Source: Macrostomum lignano (Eukaryota). From it: 64,000 nucleotides of DNA. How positions within the stretch are numbered: the first letter of the stretch is position 1; the number at the start of each line of letters is the position of its first letter. Of the stretch, positions 44,878 through 57,300 are shown one piece after another. The stretch spans positions 366,216 to 430,215 of the forward strand of contig NIVC01000691.1 of the NCBI GenBank assembly GCA_002269645.1, given 5' to 3'. The translations under genes were made by a program, and so were the position numbers. A model generated the notes under the pieces. That model worked only from the letters and a program-made list of their open reading frames with translations. It was not told the origin of the DNA and did no database searches.

Positions 44878-47800
44878 CTAGCCATTTAGCCCCCCTCTGG
44901 GGAGCCTTGAAAATGACACCAATTGGTTTTTATTTTGGCACAAGAGTAACCTTACTATAATCATCCAAAATTTTGATTTCCAATAATCAAAAATTACCTT
45001 TTCTCATTTTGGCAGAAATAAATTGTCATCAATCCGAATTTTATTAGCCAAAAAAGTTTCGTTCATCAGCTCAAAACCCTTTCTAAATCAGCAAATAGTG
45101 CTTATCCTTTCAAGCACAAACTCTTGATGCATATCGTCACTGGCCGGGGCATATTCTGATCCGCAGCAGGAGCTCAATATGCAAATCCCTGACGCCCTTA
45201 GACCCTCTCTCTATATTAGCCTAAATCAAAGGATCAAACATTTAATAAATGCGCTGGTATTTCCTATTAGCAGAAATCAGCATCACTTGTGTGTACTTTT
45301 TCAGTATCTGAATTACATGAGCTACTTGAGCCGTACTACCCGACTATCTGACAATCGCCCAACAACCTAACACCCCCCCCAAAAAAAATTCAGCCATCAT
45401 CCATGAGCCTTGACATCTCAGCAACTTCCACAGTAAATCTTGAGATCTCAGAAATTATCCCAGTAAGCCTTGAGATCTCAGCAATTCCCCCAGTAAGCCT
45501 TGACATCTCAGCAATTCCCTCAGTAAGCCTTGACATCTCAGCAATTCCCCCAGTAAGCCTTGACATCTCAGCAATACCCCAGTAAGCCTTGACATCTCAG
45601 CAATTCCCTAAGTAAGCCTTGAGATCTCAGCAATTCCCCCAGTAAGCCTTGACATCTCAGCAATACCCCCAGTAAGCCTTGAAATCTCAGCAATTCCCCC
45701 AGTAAGCCTTGAGATCTCAGCAATTCCCAGTAAGCCTTGACATCTCAGAATTCCCCCAGTAAGCCTTGAGATCTCAGAAATTATCCCAGTAAGTTTGGAG
45801 ATCTCAGCAATTCCCCCAGTAAGCCTTGACATCTCAGCAATTCCCCCAGTAAGCTTGAGATCTCAGCAATTCCCCCAGTAAGCCTTGACATCTCAGCAAT
45901 TTAAGCTTGAGATCTCAGCAATTCCCCCAGTAAGCCTTGACATCTCAGCAATTCCCCCAGTAAGCCTTGACATCTCAGCAATTCCCTCAGTAAGCCTTGA
46001 CATCTCAGCAATTCCCCCAGTAGGCTCTGAGATCTCAGCAATTCCCCCAGTAAGCCTTGACATCTCAGCAATTCCCCCAGTAAGCCTTGACATCTCAGCA
46101 ATTCCCCCAGTAAGCCTTGACATCTCAGCAATACCCCAGTAAGCCTTGACATCTCAGCAATTCCCTAAGTAAGCCTTGAGATCTCAGCAATTCCCCCAGT
46201 AAGCCTTGACATCTCAGCAATACCCCCAGTAAGCCTTGATGTCTGAGGAATTCCCCCAGTAAGCCTTGACATCTCAGCAATTCCCCCAGTAAGCCTTGAG
46301 ATCTCAGCAATTCCCAGTAAGCCTTGACATCTCAGAATTCCCCCAGTAAGCCTTGAGATCTCAGAAATTATCCCAGTAAGTTTGGAGATCTCAGCAATTC
46401 CCCCAGTAAGCCTTGACATCTCAGCAATTCCCCCAGTAAGCTTGAGATCTCAGCAATTCCCCCAGTAAGCCTTGACATCTCAGCAATTTAAGCTTGAGAT
46501 CTCAGCAATTCCCCCAGTAAGCCTTGACATCTCAGCAATTCCCCCAGTAAGCCTTGACATCTCAGCAATTCCCTCAGTAAGCCTTGACATCTCAGCAATT
46601 CCCCCAGTAGGCTCTGAGATCTCAGCAATTCCCCCAGTAAGCCTTGACATCTCAGCAATTCCCCCAGTAAGCCTTGACGTCTCAGTAGGCATAGAAATCT
46701 TAGCAATTCCCAGTAGGACTTGACATTTTAGCAATTCCAAGAAAGCCTTGACATCTCAGCAATTCTTAGTAGGACTTGACATCTCAGCAGTTTCCCCATT
46801 AAGCCTCGACATTGTAGCAATTCTCCCAGCGCAGTAATTATAGCCTTGAGATCCCAACAACCCAACTCCCCTCTCCCAAGAATTCAGCAATCCCCTTATA
46901 AGCCATGATAACTCAGCTATACCCTCATGAGCTTTGATATCTTAGCAAGTCTTTAATTGATTGTTGACAGCGGTTAATCTATGATTGAACCAAAACTGAC
47001 CCTAAGCCCCCAAACCTACCCATAAGTGAGTCTTGGCATGTTAGCAATTTCCACTATGAGCCTTGAGCCTCAGCATTAAAGTAACTTCCTCATAAGGTTT
47101 GTAATCTGAATTTCACCGAAAGCCTTGACCTGTCAGCAATTCCCTAAGAGCCAAAGCATATAACTAATTCGCCCCTTTAATCTTTGAAATTCCTTGATGA
47201 ATCATTTATGATTGACACGACGATCGCTCTATAATTAAACTCAAATCCTAACCCTTAACCTGCAGCCGAGTCACAGCATTTCAGCAACTCCCCCTCTCAG
47301 CCCAAGAATTTCAGCAATTCCCCAATGAGCTTTTGAAATCTTAGCAATTTTCCCATGAGCATGAAACTTTAGCGACTAACCTTTTGATATCTTGGCACTT
47401 TCACATGAGTCTTATGGTTGAAAACTAACCCTGCCAAGTCACAGCATTTCAGCAATTCCCACCGTAAACCACAGCATTTCAACAAATACCCAATGAACCT
47501 TGACATTTCGTGAATTTCAGCTATTCGCTTTAGGAGCCTTTGAAATCTCAGTCATTCCCCGTGAACCTTAGCATCTCAGCAATACCCAAGAGTCACAGCC
47601 TACAGCATTACAGGGATCCCCCTGAGCTTTGAAATCTCAGCTATTCCCCAATGAGCCTTGATATCTCAGCAACTCCTATTTGAGCCACAAAATTTCGGCA
47701 TTATGAGCAGGTACTGCAATCACAACAATCCCCCTGAGCATTGAGCCACATTATAATTCGGATATCCCCCACGAGCCTTTAAAACTTAGCAATTCCCCAA

Positions 47801-50800
47801 TGAGTATTTAATGTTAGACAGGCCTATTCATTTATATGGTTTACGTCTTACTCTTACCCTAACAATGTCGGCAATTCCCTCAAGAGCCACAGCATTCCAG
47901 AAATTATTTCCATGAGCCTTGACAGCAAATAATTTTAATGAGCCTTGATACCTCAGAAATTTCTCAAATGGAATTTGAAATCAAAGCAATTCTGCCCAGA
48001 ATCACATCAGTATAGGAATTTCCCTCTGAGACTTGACAAGACATCTCAGAATTTCTCTCATGGGCCTTGATCTGGCCCATGGCCCAGTAAGCCTTGAAAT
48101 CTCAATAATTCCCCAGTAAGCCTTGACATCTCAGAAATTCCCTCATTAAGATCGACATCGCAGCAATTGAACTTAAGCTTTGAAATCAAAGCAATTCTCC
48201 CCAGAATCACATCATTATAGCAATTACCGCTGAGCCTTGAGATCTTAGAAATTCTCCCATGAGTCTTGATATCACAGAAATTTTCCATACCAGCCTTGAC
48301 ATCTTAGCAATTCACATTGAGTATTTTATTCTCGACAGACCGCTTCTTTTATGGTTGACATGATGATTCTTTTGTCGCTTTTTCTTGTGTTGAGTTTTCT
48401 TCTGTTTAAAGTAGCATTTATTAAAAACTTACAGTGGTTTACCATCACTTTAGCAATGGTTTACCATCACTTTAGCGATGGTTCACCAGCAATTTAGCAA
48501 TGGTTCACCAGCAGTTTAGCAATGGTTCACCGGCACTGTTCCGCAAAATCTGGGAGCAGATGGCTACTGATCTCCATATGCTTCTCAATAATCGAAACCA
48601 TTTGAAATGTTTGCAACTTGCAGTTTAAAATTGATTTGCAATTCTCTTGCATATTTATTATTTCATTGTACGTCAGATTAGCACTGCTCACCCAGATTAG
48701 ACCCTTTGCAAATTAGCACTTACAGCAGATTAGCACTGCTCTAGAAGACTAACGCAGCCCCAGCAAAAGTATCTTTAAATTTAAGTGTTTAACATCTCCA
48801 TGAATCTGCATAGGATGCAATCATTATTGTCACAGGTCACAAAGATAAATTCGCTGCTTCAATGCAGGCTCGAACTGCTGACATCAAAGCATTCTGTTTG
48901 CTTCTGCTTGATACTGCCTGCCTACTGCGGCTATTGTGCCTATTGACATGTGGTCGAAATAATCTAGTTTAGCAACTTCAGCCGTTTGAAGTTAACCCCC
49001 GGAAATCGGCATTTATCCCCACAACAACCTGAAATTATCCCTTCATCTAATCCCGCAAAAAGACTGCAGTTATTTCTTAGCAGCCGGCATTTATCATCCA
49101 CTTTGCATTTTAAAACTTTTATTAAAATTAAGAATGCATACCCTCAGCGGCATAGAATTGTCCCCTTAGCCAAAAATATTTCACTTAGCAGCCGCAGAAA
49201 TCCCCTAAACAACTTGTACTTAATCTTCCACAGTAAATATCCACTCAAAACTCAATAGTTAGTTATAAGCCTCAGAAGTCTGCCATTATCCTCTAATTAG
49301 TCCGCAGTTTTCCCTCTCAGCAGTCTGCAGCTATACGCTCATACGTCTGGAGGAACTACCTCAGCAGTTTGCAGTTGTTTCCCCTTTGCAATCTGCAATG
49401 ATCCCTTCGACAGTCTGCAGTTCCCCTCAGCAGTTTGCAGTCATTTCATTTTCAGTCTACAACTGTACCATTAACGATTTTCATTTATTCTCTCAGCAGC
49501 CTGCAGTTCTCCTCTCGGCCGGCTCCTCAGTCTCCTCTGCAAACTGAAATTTGCTCAGAATTGTACGGCTCACTAATCAATTTTCGATACATATCGGCAG
49601 TCTTGAAAAGCTCAGCATTTAGCAGCATTGTCTGCAGTTTAGTAATTTCGTACTTTTATGGAGCTAGACAATACCCATTGATGGGATCAGTTATACTCGA
49701 AGCAGTTTTTACAAATCAAATTTGATTAGTGGCTTGTGCCGAGTAGCAAAAAATGAATTGCTAATTAATAAAAAAATGTTTCAATTGAAATTAAATAAAA
49801 AATGTTTCAATTAGTCCAGGCACAAGCTATAAATTATTGAATTATTTGAATTTTTATTATCCGCCAGGGAGGCAGACTCGAACCTTGGACCTTACGTCTA
49901 GCCTAAACCTAGTCCTAAGTGCGGCTAAGTCCTACACTGCGGCTACTCCGCCTATTGATGGGAGGACAACAAAATCAGCCATATATGCTTCAGAACTGCA
50001 GTTAAAATACATAGCAGTGATAGGCTGCTCAGCGTGTAGGCGTGCAGGCGGAGCCAATGCACAGTTGATTGAGTGAAATCTAGCAATTTTCTATGGAGTC
50101 CGCCAGTCAGAGCCAGGGTCAGAATGTACACACGCAGCCACTGAGCATTTTTTCTCCTTGCACACTGCAACCAGTATTGAAGCTTACACAGTGGAGAGAG
50201 AAAAGTTATGGCGCAATCATAATTGGAATTGGAATTCAGCCAGTCCAGTCAAGAATTCAAGCTAGTTTGCCCTACCATTAAAAGCATTGGGAAAACTCGT
50301 TTTTCGAATATTTGATACCTTTAGCATTAAAGCCAATTAAAGAAATTTTAACTGTCTTCTTTCCAGATAATTACAAATCTTTTCGTGGAAACGCGATTAA
50401 AATTGGTCAATTGGTTCTATCTCTAGAACGTTATGCAAATACTAACACAAATTCTCTTCGAGTGAAAGTCACACGAAGCAGCTATGACATAATCAAATAC
50501 TCAGGCAGTCAGCATCAGTCTCATTTAAAGTTAGCAATATGGTTACGCAATTTCTGTCTTTCAACTTGGCACAGTGTTTTCAACTTGTTGTGATGCAATC
50601 TTTATCAAAATCAGAATTCAGTCAGTCGGTTTTTTCTCTAGCATTCTTACAGCGCATTTCAAGTCGAAAGAGCTGCTTGACCTTTGCAAAAAAGCATGTT
50701 TTTCGAATATTTAATCCCTTTAGCATTGAAGCAGATACAAGAAATTTTAACCATACAATCCCAGGCTGATTACAAATCTTTTGGCGAAAACGCGATGTAA

Positions 50801-50913
50801 ATCGGTGAAGAATTGCAATCTCTAGAGCGTTATGGACAAGCAAGCAAGCAAGCAAGCAAGCATACAAATATTAGAGATTTAGTATATGTAGAAGATTTAG
50901 TATATTTAGAAGA
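44878..50913 (-). mobile_element. Non-autonomous Helitron-type unit M1 (6036 bp)
   Basis: The minus strand begins (A)TCTTCTAAATATACTAAATC with a (GCTT)n microsatellite. It ends with the hairpin GCTCCCCAGAGGGGGGC plus TAAATGGCTAG, joined directly to the TC of M2. The ~500-bp 3' segment is near-identical to that of M2. Confidence 0.85.
45400..46790. repeat. 30-bp minisatellite A array with a higher-order duplication
   Basis: Unit AGTAAGCCTTGACATCTCAGCAATTCCCCC. Diagnostic variants recur at offsets of 557 and 587 bp (e.g. TTAAGCTTGA at 45901 and 46488). Confidence 0.95.
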
Positions 50914-53430
50914 TAAGCCAAGGATTATTGCACTTGATAAACCAAGGATATTGCACTTGATAAGCCAAGGATTATTGAACTTGATAAGCCAAGGATTACT
51001 GCACTTAATAAACCAAAGATTATTGCACTTGATAAGCCAAGGACTATTGCACTTGATAAACCAAGGATATTGCACTTGATAAGCCAAGGATTATTGAACT
51101 TGATAAGCCAAGGATTACTGCACTTAATAAACCAAAGATTATTGCACTTGATAAGCCAAGGACTATTGCACTTGATAAACCAAGGATATTGCACTTGATA
51201 AGCCAAGGATTATCGAACTTGATAAGCCAAGGATTACTGCACTTAATAAACCAAAGATTATTGCACTTGATAAACCAAGGATTACTGCGCTTGATAAGCC
51301 ATGTATTATTGCACTTGATAGTAAAGAATATTGCACTTGATAAGCCAAGGATTATTGCGCTTTGATAATAAGGAATATTGCACTAGATTAGAAAGGGCTA
51401 TTGCACTATCCCAGACATCGATTTTTGGACTTGATGAGTAAAGGATTATTGCACTTAGCTGAGAAGCTGACTATTGCGCTGTCTAAAAAAGAGACTATTG
51501 CGCTCGCTGAGATGTGGATTGTTGCACAACCTGAGAAAGCGATTATTGCTTTAGTGGAGGTAACATTTGCACTAGCTACTTGCTGTCTCGTGGATGCTTG
51601 CTATCTGGAGGATGCTTGCTCTCGAGGGGGGATACCTGCTATTTGGGAGGGTGGGGGTATACTGGCTACATGTATGGGATTCTTTCTATCTAGGGATGCT
51701 TGCTATTTAGGGATTCTTGCTATCTGCAGGATGCTTGCTATCTGGGTGGATGCTTTTATAATATCTTGGGGTGCTTGCTATCTGCAGGATGCTTCTATAA
51801 TATCTGGGGGTGCTTGCTTTCTGCAGGATGCTTGCTATCTGGGTGGATGCTTCTATCTGGGGGGGTGCTTGCTATCTGGGTGGATGCTTCTATCTGGGGG
51901 GGGGTGCTTGCTATTTGGGTGGATGCTTCAACAATATCTGGGGGATGCTTGCTATCTGCAGGATGCTTGCTATCTGGGTGGATGCTTAAATAATTACTTG
52001 GGGGAGCTTGCTATCTGCAGGATGCTTCTATAATATCTGGGTGGTGCTTGCTATCTGCAGGATGCTTCCAAAATATCTGGGGGGTGCTTGCTATCTGCAG
52101 GATGCTTGCTATCTGGGTGGATGCTTCAACAATATCTGGGGGATGCTTGCTATCTGCAGAATGCTTGCTATCTGGGTGGATGCTTCAACAATATCTGGGG
52201 GATGCTTGCTATCTACAGAATGCTTGCTATCTGGGGGATGCTTGCTGCTGTCTGCAGATGCTTGCTATCTGGGGTGATGCTTGCTATCTGGGGGATGCTT
52301 CCTATCTGCAGATGCTTGCTATCTGCAGATGCTTGCTATCTGCAGATGCTTGCTATGAGCACTAGAGAATGCTTGCTATCTGTGGTTGTTTACTTTTAGA
52401 GGGGGGTGCTTGCTGTCTTGGGAATATTTTCTATTTAGGCGAAGCTATATTTTGTTGTCTGTTTGTTAATTTTAGAGAAAAAGTAATTCTTTCACTTTGC
52501 AAACATCTTTGTCCGTGACAATTTTACACGAATAAGGTAATTTTTAAAAGTGAAGAAGGAATTGGTGTTTAAGAAAATGTGCTTTTTTATTGTTTTCCAT
52601 GAACTAATTTTGCTCCTTTCTTATTGGGCGCCCCGAAGGCGCTTGATAAGCCAAGGATTACTGCACTTGATAAACCAAGGATTATTGCTCTTAATAAGCC
52701 AAGAATTATCACTTTTAATAAGCCAAGGATTATTGCACTTGGCAAACCAAGAATTACTGCACTTGATAAACCAATGATTACTGCACTTGATAAACCAGGG
52801 ATTATTGCTCTTAATAAACCAAGGATTATTGCGCTTGATAAGCCAAGTATGACTGCACTAGATAAACCAAGGAATATTGCACTTGATAAACCCAGAATTA
52901 TTGCTCTTAATAAACCAAGGATTACTGCACTTGAAAAACCAAGGATTACTGCGCTTGGCAAATCAAGGATTATTGCACTTGGCAAACCTAAGATTACTGC
53001 ACTCGATAAACCAAGGATTACTGCACTCGATAAACCAAGGATTACTGCACTTGATAAACCAAGGATAACTGCACTTGATAAGCAAATGATTATTGCTCCT
53101 GATAAGCCAAGGATTATTGCACTTGGCAAACCAAGGATTACTGCACTTGATAAACCAAGGATTACTGTACTTGATAAACCAAGGATTACTGCACTTGATA
53201 AGCTTGGCTACATGTGTGGGATTCTTTCTATCCAGGGATGCTTGCTATTCAGGGATTCTTGCTATCTGCAGGATGCTTGCTATCTGGGTGGATGCTTCTA
53301 CAGTATCTGGGGATGCTTGCTATGTGCAGGATGCTTGCTATCTGGGGTGAAGCTTTCTACGTGTATTAAGGGATGCTTGCTATCTGCTGTTGCTTACTTT
53401 TGGAGGGGGGTGCTTGCTATCTGGAGGGAT
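50914..53430. repeat. Minisatellite arrays D (24 bp) and E (~18-19 bp), occurring twice within P3
   Basis: D at ~50914-51390 and ~52640-53210. E (GATGCTTGCTATCTG(GGTG/CAG)) at ~51590-52400 and ~53210-53430. The first D block has a 119-bp five-unit higher-order period (50941, 51060, 51179). Confidence 0.95.
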
Positions 53431-54092
53431 ACTTGCTGTCTTGGGAATATTTTCTATTTAGGTGGAATGTCTGTTATCTTTGTGAAAGCTATATTTTGTT
53501 GTCGGTTTGTTAATTTTAGAAAAAAGGAGATTCATAGCAAATATCATTGTCCGTGACAATTTTACATGAATAAGGTGATTTTTAAAAGAAGAAGGAATTG
53601 TTGTTTAACGCCAGTGATGCCTCTGCATGATAGGCAACTGTGTTGCCTTTGGGTAACAATATTTTTTGCTGTAGCTGCTTTTCCAGCCATTGCCGAGCGT
53701 ACTGCTTCTGCTTACACCGCTACAGAAGTAGTACGCTATTGCTTTGAAAGAAGGCAAGTATGGTTGAATTGTCAGTTTTAAAATTCTACACAAGCATGTT
53801 TTATTAGCACATAAGCCCCAGAATTAAAATGAGAATTCGATTCCTAGCCCCCCCCCTCCCTAAGAATTCTTTTCATTTTAAAGGATTCGTCCCTTGCTTA
53901 TTGGCCACCCCGAAGGGGGGGCGCTAGATTGCTAGTTTTTTACTCAATCCTGTCAATTTATAATTATTGAAATCGATTTACATGTAAATGTACCACGTAC
54001 AGTATTAATACTGCATTTACGTGTACATTGCTACATATATGTTAATGAATACAGCTTCAAGTCGTACATTAGCTGCGGTCAGCACACAGCAA

Positions 54093-54309
54093 TGTAGTGA
54101 CTGTGCATCAGGCCTAGGTGTTGTAACTAACGTTGAGGCTATAATTGTTCAATTACCTTATATGCATCGTGCGTTCAATTATGGTATCGTTGTTTCGATT
54201 GCGTAACACTGTTGTCAACGTGCACATGAGTATAAATACGAGCTATATTGAGCGAGACTCAAGTGTCTCCAACTGAATTGAATTTAATAAATCAACTAAA
54301 AACACAACA
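54093..54309 (+). repeat. 5' LTR (217 bp)
   Basis: Direct repeat of 57681-57891 with TG...CA ends. Confidence 0.95.
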
Positions 54310-54310
54310 A

Positions 54311-57300
54311 ATGGCGACGAGACTTCCATACCCAGCGGAGTTTCAACCCGTACCAGGAGAACCTCCTGTGCCATGGGCAAGGTGGATTTCGACATTCAAC
54401 AACTTCCTGGTGGCCGAAGACCTCGGAGAGGCATCAGACGGTCGTAAAAAGGCGATTCTTCTGCACCTGCTTGGCGAAGAGGGACGCCGCGGAGCTGCCA
54501 ACGTCGATACAACAAAGTCACTTCAGGAGACCCAAGAGCTACTGAAGGGAATCTTCGGCTCGTCGAGAAGCGCCATAGCAGAGCGCTTCGCCTTTCGGCA
54601 GCGAGCCCAGCACGACGGCGAGAACATCAGCGACTACGTGATGGCCTTGAGAGAGCTGGCAACAACCTGCAACTTCGGCACGTTCCACGACGAAATGATC
54701 AGAGATCAGCTCGTGGAGAAAACCGGTGTACCTCGCATCAGGGAGCGACTTCTGATGGAGGAGGACAGCCTCACGCTGGCAGACGCCATGAAGATTGCTG
54801 GAAGAATTGAAGCAGCAATCAAGGATGCCAAGCAGGTCAGCAGCCAAGACCTTCAGGTGAAAGCGGTGAACAAGAGACCGACTGCTCGTTCTGTCAAGAA
54901 AGCTGCAACGCCAGGTTCGAAGTGCACCCGATGCGGAGGCAATCACGAGAACAAGAGCGAATGCAAAGCGATGGGACAGAAGTGCAGACGATGCGGCAAG
55001 ACGAACCATTTCGCGAAAATGTGCCGCAAGAAAGCGGTCTCTGCGATCGACACCAAAGAGACTGCAGAGTCCAGCCTGACGGTCCTGGCCGTGAACAACA
55101 GGAGCATCGACAACTTATTCTGCGACTGCCACTTGGACGGGCAGATGATCCGACTACAAATCGACTGCGGTGCTGCCGTCTCGTTGCTCAACACGGAGAC
55201 GTTCAAGAAATCCTTCGCTAGGCACCCGCTGCTCCTGACGAGCACAAGACTGGAGGTATACGGCGGATTTGCGATCAAGACCATCGGCAAGGTCGAGCTT
55301 CCAGTGACGTTTAACGACATCAGGACAGAAGCCACATTCTACGTCGCCGACAAAGGAGCGAACATCCTGGGCCGCGACCTGTTTCAGGCCCTCGGATTCC
55401 AAGGCGACAACAGAGTGATGAGCATCAGCGAGACTACGATCGAGCGCGACTTCCCTGGAATCCTCGATGGTCTGGGCCGGTCCAAGAGCTTCATCCACCG
55501 GACAAAGATCGACGCCTCGGTCAAGCCAGTGTCTCAGCCAATGCGGAAGCTTCCGATCGGCCTGAAGGACGAAGTAACGTCAGAGATCAGCCGGATGGAG
55601 CAACAGGGCATCATTGAGAAGGTCGACGCGTCCGAGTGGGTCAGCAACGTAGTCGTGACGCGTAAGAAGGAGTCCAACAAGGTTCGTCTCTGCGTGGATC
55701 TGCGGCAGGTCAACAGGGTGGTGATCGCGGACCGCTATCCGGTACCGTCAATCGAGGACCTATCGGCTCGAAGTGCTTCAGCAAGCTGGACCTGCGTCAA
55801 GGCTACCAGCAGATTCCGCTGCATCCAGAATCTCGAGGACTGACGTGCTTCATCACCGATGCCGGCCTGTACCAGTTCACCGTGGTGCCATTCGGGCTAT
55901 CCAGCTCCGGAGCTGCCTTCCAGCGAGCCCTGCAGACGGTGCTTCGAGGAGCTCCAGGCGCCATCAACATTGTGGACGACATCCTGGTGCACGGCAAGGA
56001 CGAGACTGAGCACGACAAGAACCTCCGAGAAGTCCTAGGGCGGATTCACCGCGAAGGCTTTACACTCAATCGAGAGAAGTGCAAATTCCAGCAGGCGAGC
56101 GTGGATTTCTTCGGATTGGTCATCTCTGCAGATGGCATCAAACCGACCAAGTCCAACGTCGACGCAATTCTAAGAATTCCTGAGCCAACAACGGTCGCGC
56201 AAATTCAATCGTTCCTCGGCGCAGTGAACTTTTTGCACAAGTTCATACCGCATTACTCAGCGATCGCCGAGCCTCTGAGACAACTGCTCAAAAAGGACGC
56301 GGACTGGCACTGGGGTGAGCGAGAACGTACAGCCTTCCGTACACTCAAGTCAGCCGTAACCAGCAGCCCAGTGTTAGCTCATTTTGACTGCCAAGCTGAG
56401 ACGTACGTCACCTGCGACGAAAGTCTAGACGGACTGGGGGCGGTGCTCAACCAAGTACAAAACGGAAAAGAGGTGCCAATCGCGTTCGCATCGAGAGCAC
56501 ACAGCTCAGCGGAAAAGCGATACTCAGCCCGACGAGCCTGCGACTTCAAGTCATCGAGGAAGCCCACGAAGGGCATCCGGGCGTCGTTCGGTCTAAGCAG
56601 CGGTGCCGAGACACGGTCTGGTTTCCTGGAATTGACCGGCAGGTGGAGGACTACGTCAAGAACTGCACGGCCTGCACTCTGGCGGAGAAGTCCGGCAAGC
56701 CTCAACAGACGATCGTGACACCAGTCGAGGGGTCAGCAGGTCCATGGGACAAGATCGAAATCGACATCTTCGGCGAGGTCGCGGCGGCTCCACGGCATCA
56801 GCGGTTCCTACTGGTGATCCACGACCTGTACAGCAAGTGGCCGGAGATTGCAGCCATGGAAACCGTCACCTCTGCCAACATCATCAAGACGCTTCGGAAG
56901 CTATTCGGCCGGTGGGGAGTCCCAAAGATGCTGATCAGCGACAACGGATCCCAGTTCGTCAGCGACGAGTTCAAAGAGTTCCTGCGAGCCGAGGGCATCA
57001 AGCACAGCCGAGCGAGCCGGTACTACCCGCAAGGAAACGGCGGAGTCGAGCGATTCAACCGGAGTCTGAAGGAGGGCCTGGCAGCGAACCTGAAGGCGGG
57101 AGCGAAGTTCGAGGACGCCATCGACCTGGTGCTCAAGACCTACAGGACCAGCCAGCACGCTCTCACCGGGCTGACTCCAGCCGAGCTGATGATCGGGCGC
57201 AAGCTGCGGTCCGGGCTGCAGCTGCTCAGGCCGACTCAAGAACAACTGCCGAGCGACGACGACCTGCGCGACAGCATCGCGCAGAGGCAAGCTAAGAACG

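Larger units (their letters stand above)
37084..53935 (+). mobile_element. Non-autonomous Helitron-type unit P3 (37084-38029 plus 50914-53935), interrupted by a 12.9-kb minus-strand insertion
   Basis: It starts with TC immediately after the CTAG of P2. It ends with hairpin CACCCCGAAGGGGGG then GCGCTAGATTGCTAG (53932-53935) followed by T. Its 24-bp array is split at TGCACTTGA(38029)|(50914)TAAGCC. Confidence 0.8.

Noticed and set aside
32822-53935. An autonomous Helitron, Polinton or endogenous virus
   Set aside because: There is no Rep/helicase, polymerase, integrase or capsid ORF anywhere in the complex.
54248-54310. N-terminal extension MSETQVSPTELNLINQLKTQQ of gag, and its copy at 57830-58051
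   Set aside because: It is read from LTR sequence using a non-ATG start. The first ATG after the LTR is at 54311.
55760-55800. Programmed ribosomal frameshift between gag-pro and pol
   Set aside because: The frame change falls inside the RT domain, where several conserved residues are missing, and there is no slippery heptamer. It is a deletion.
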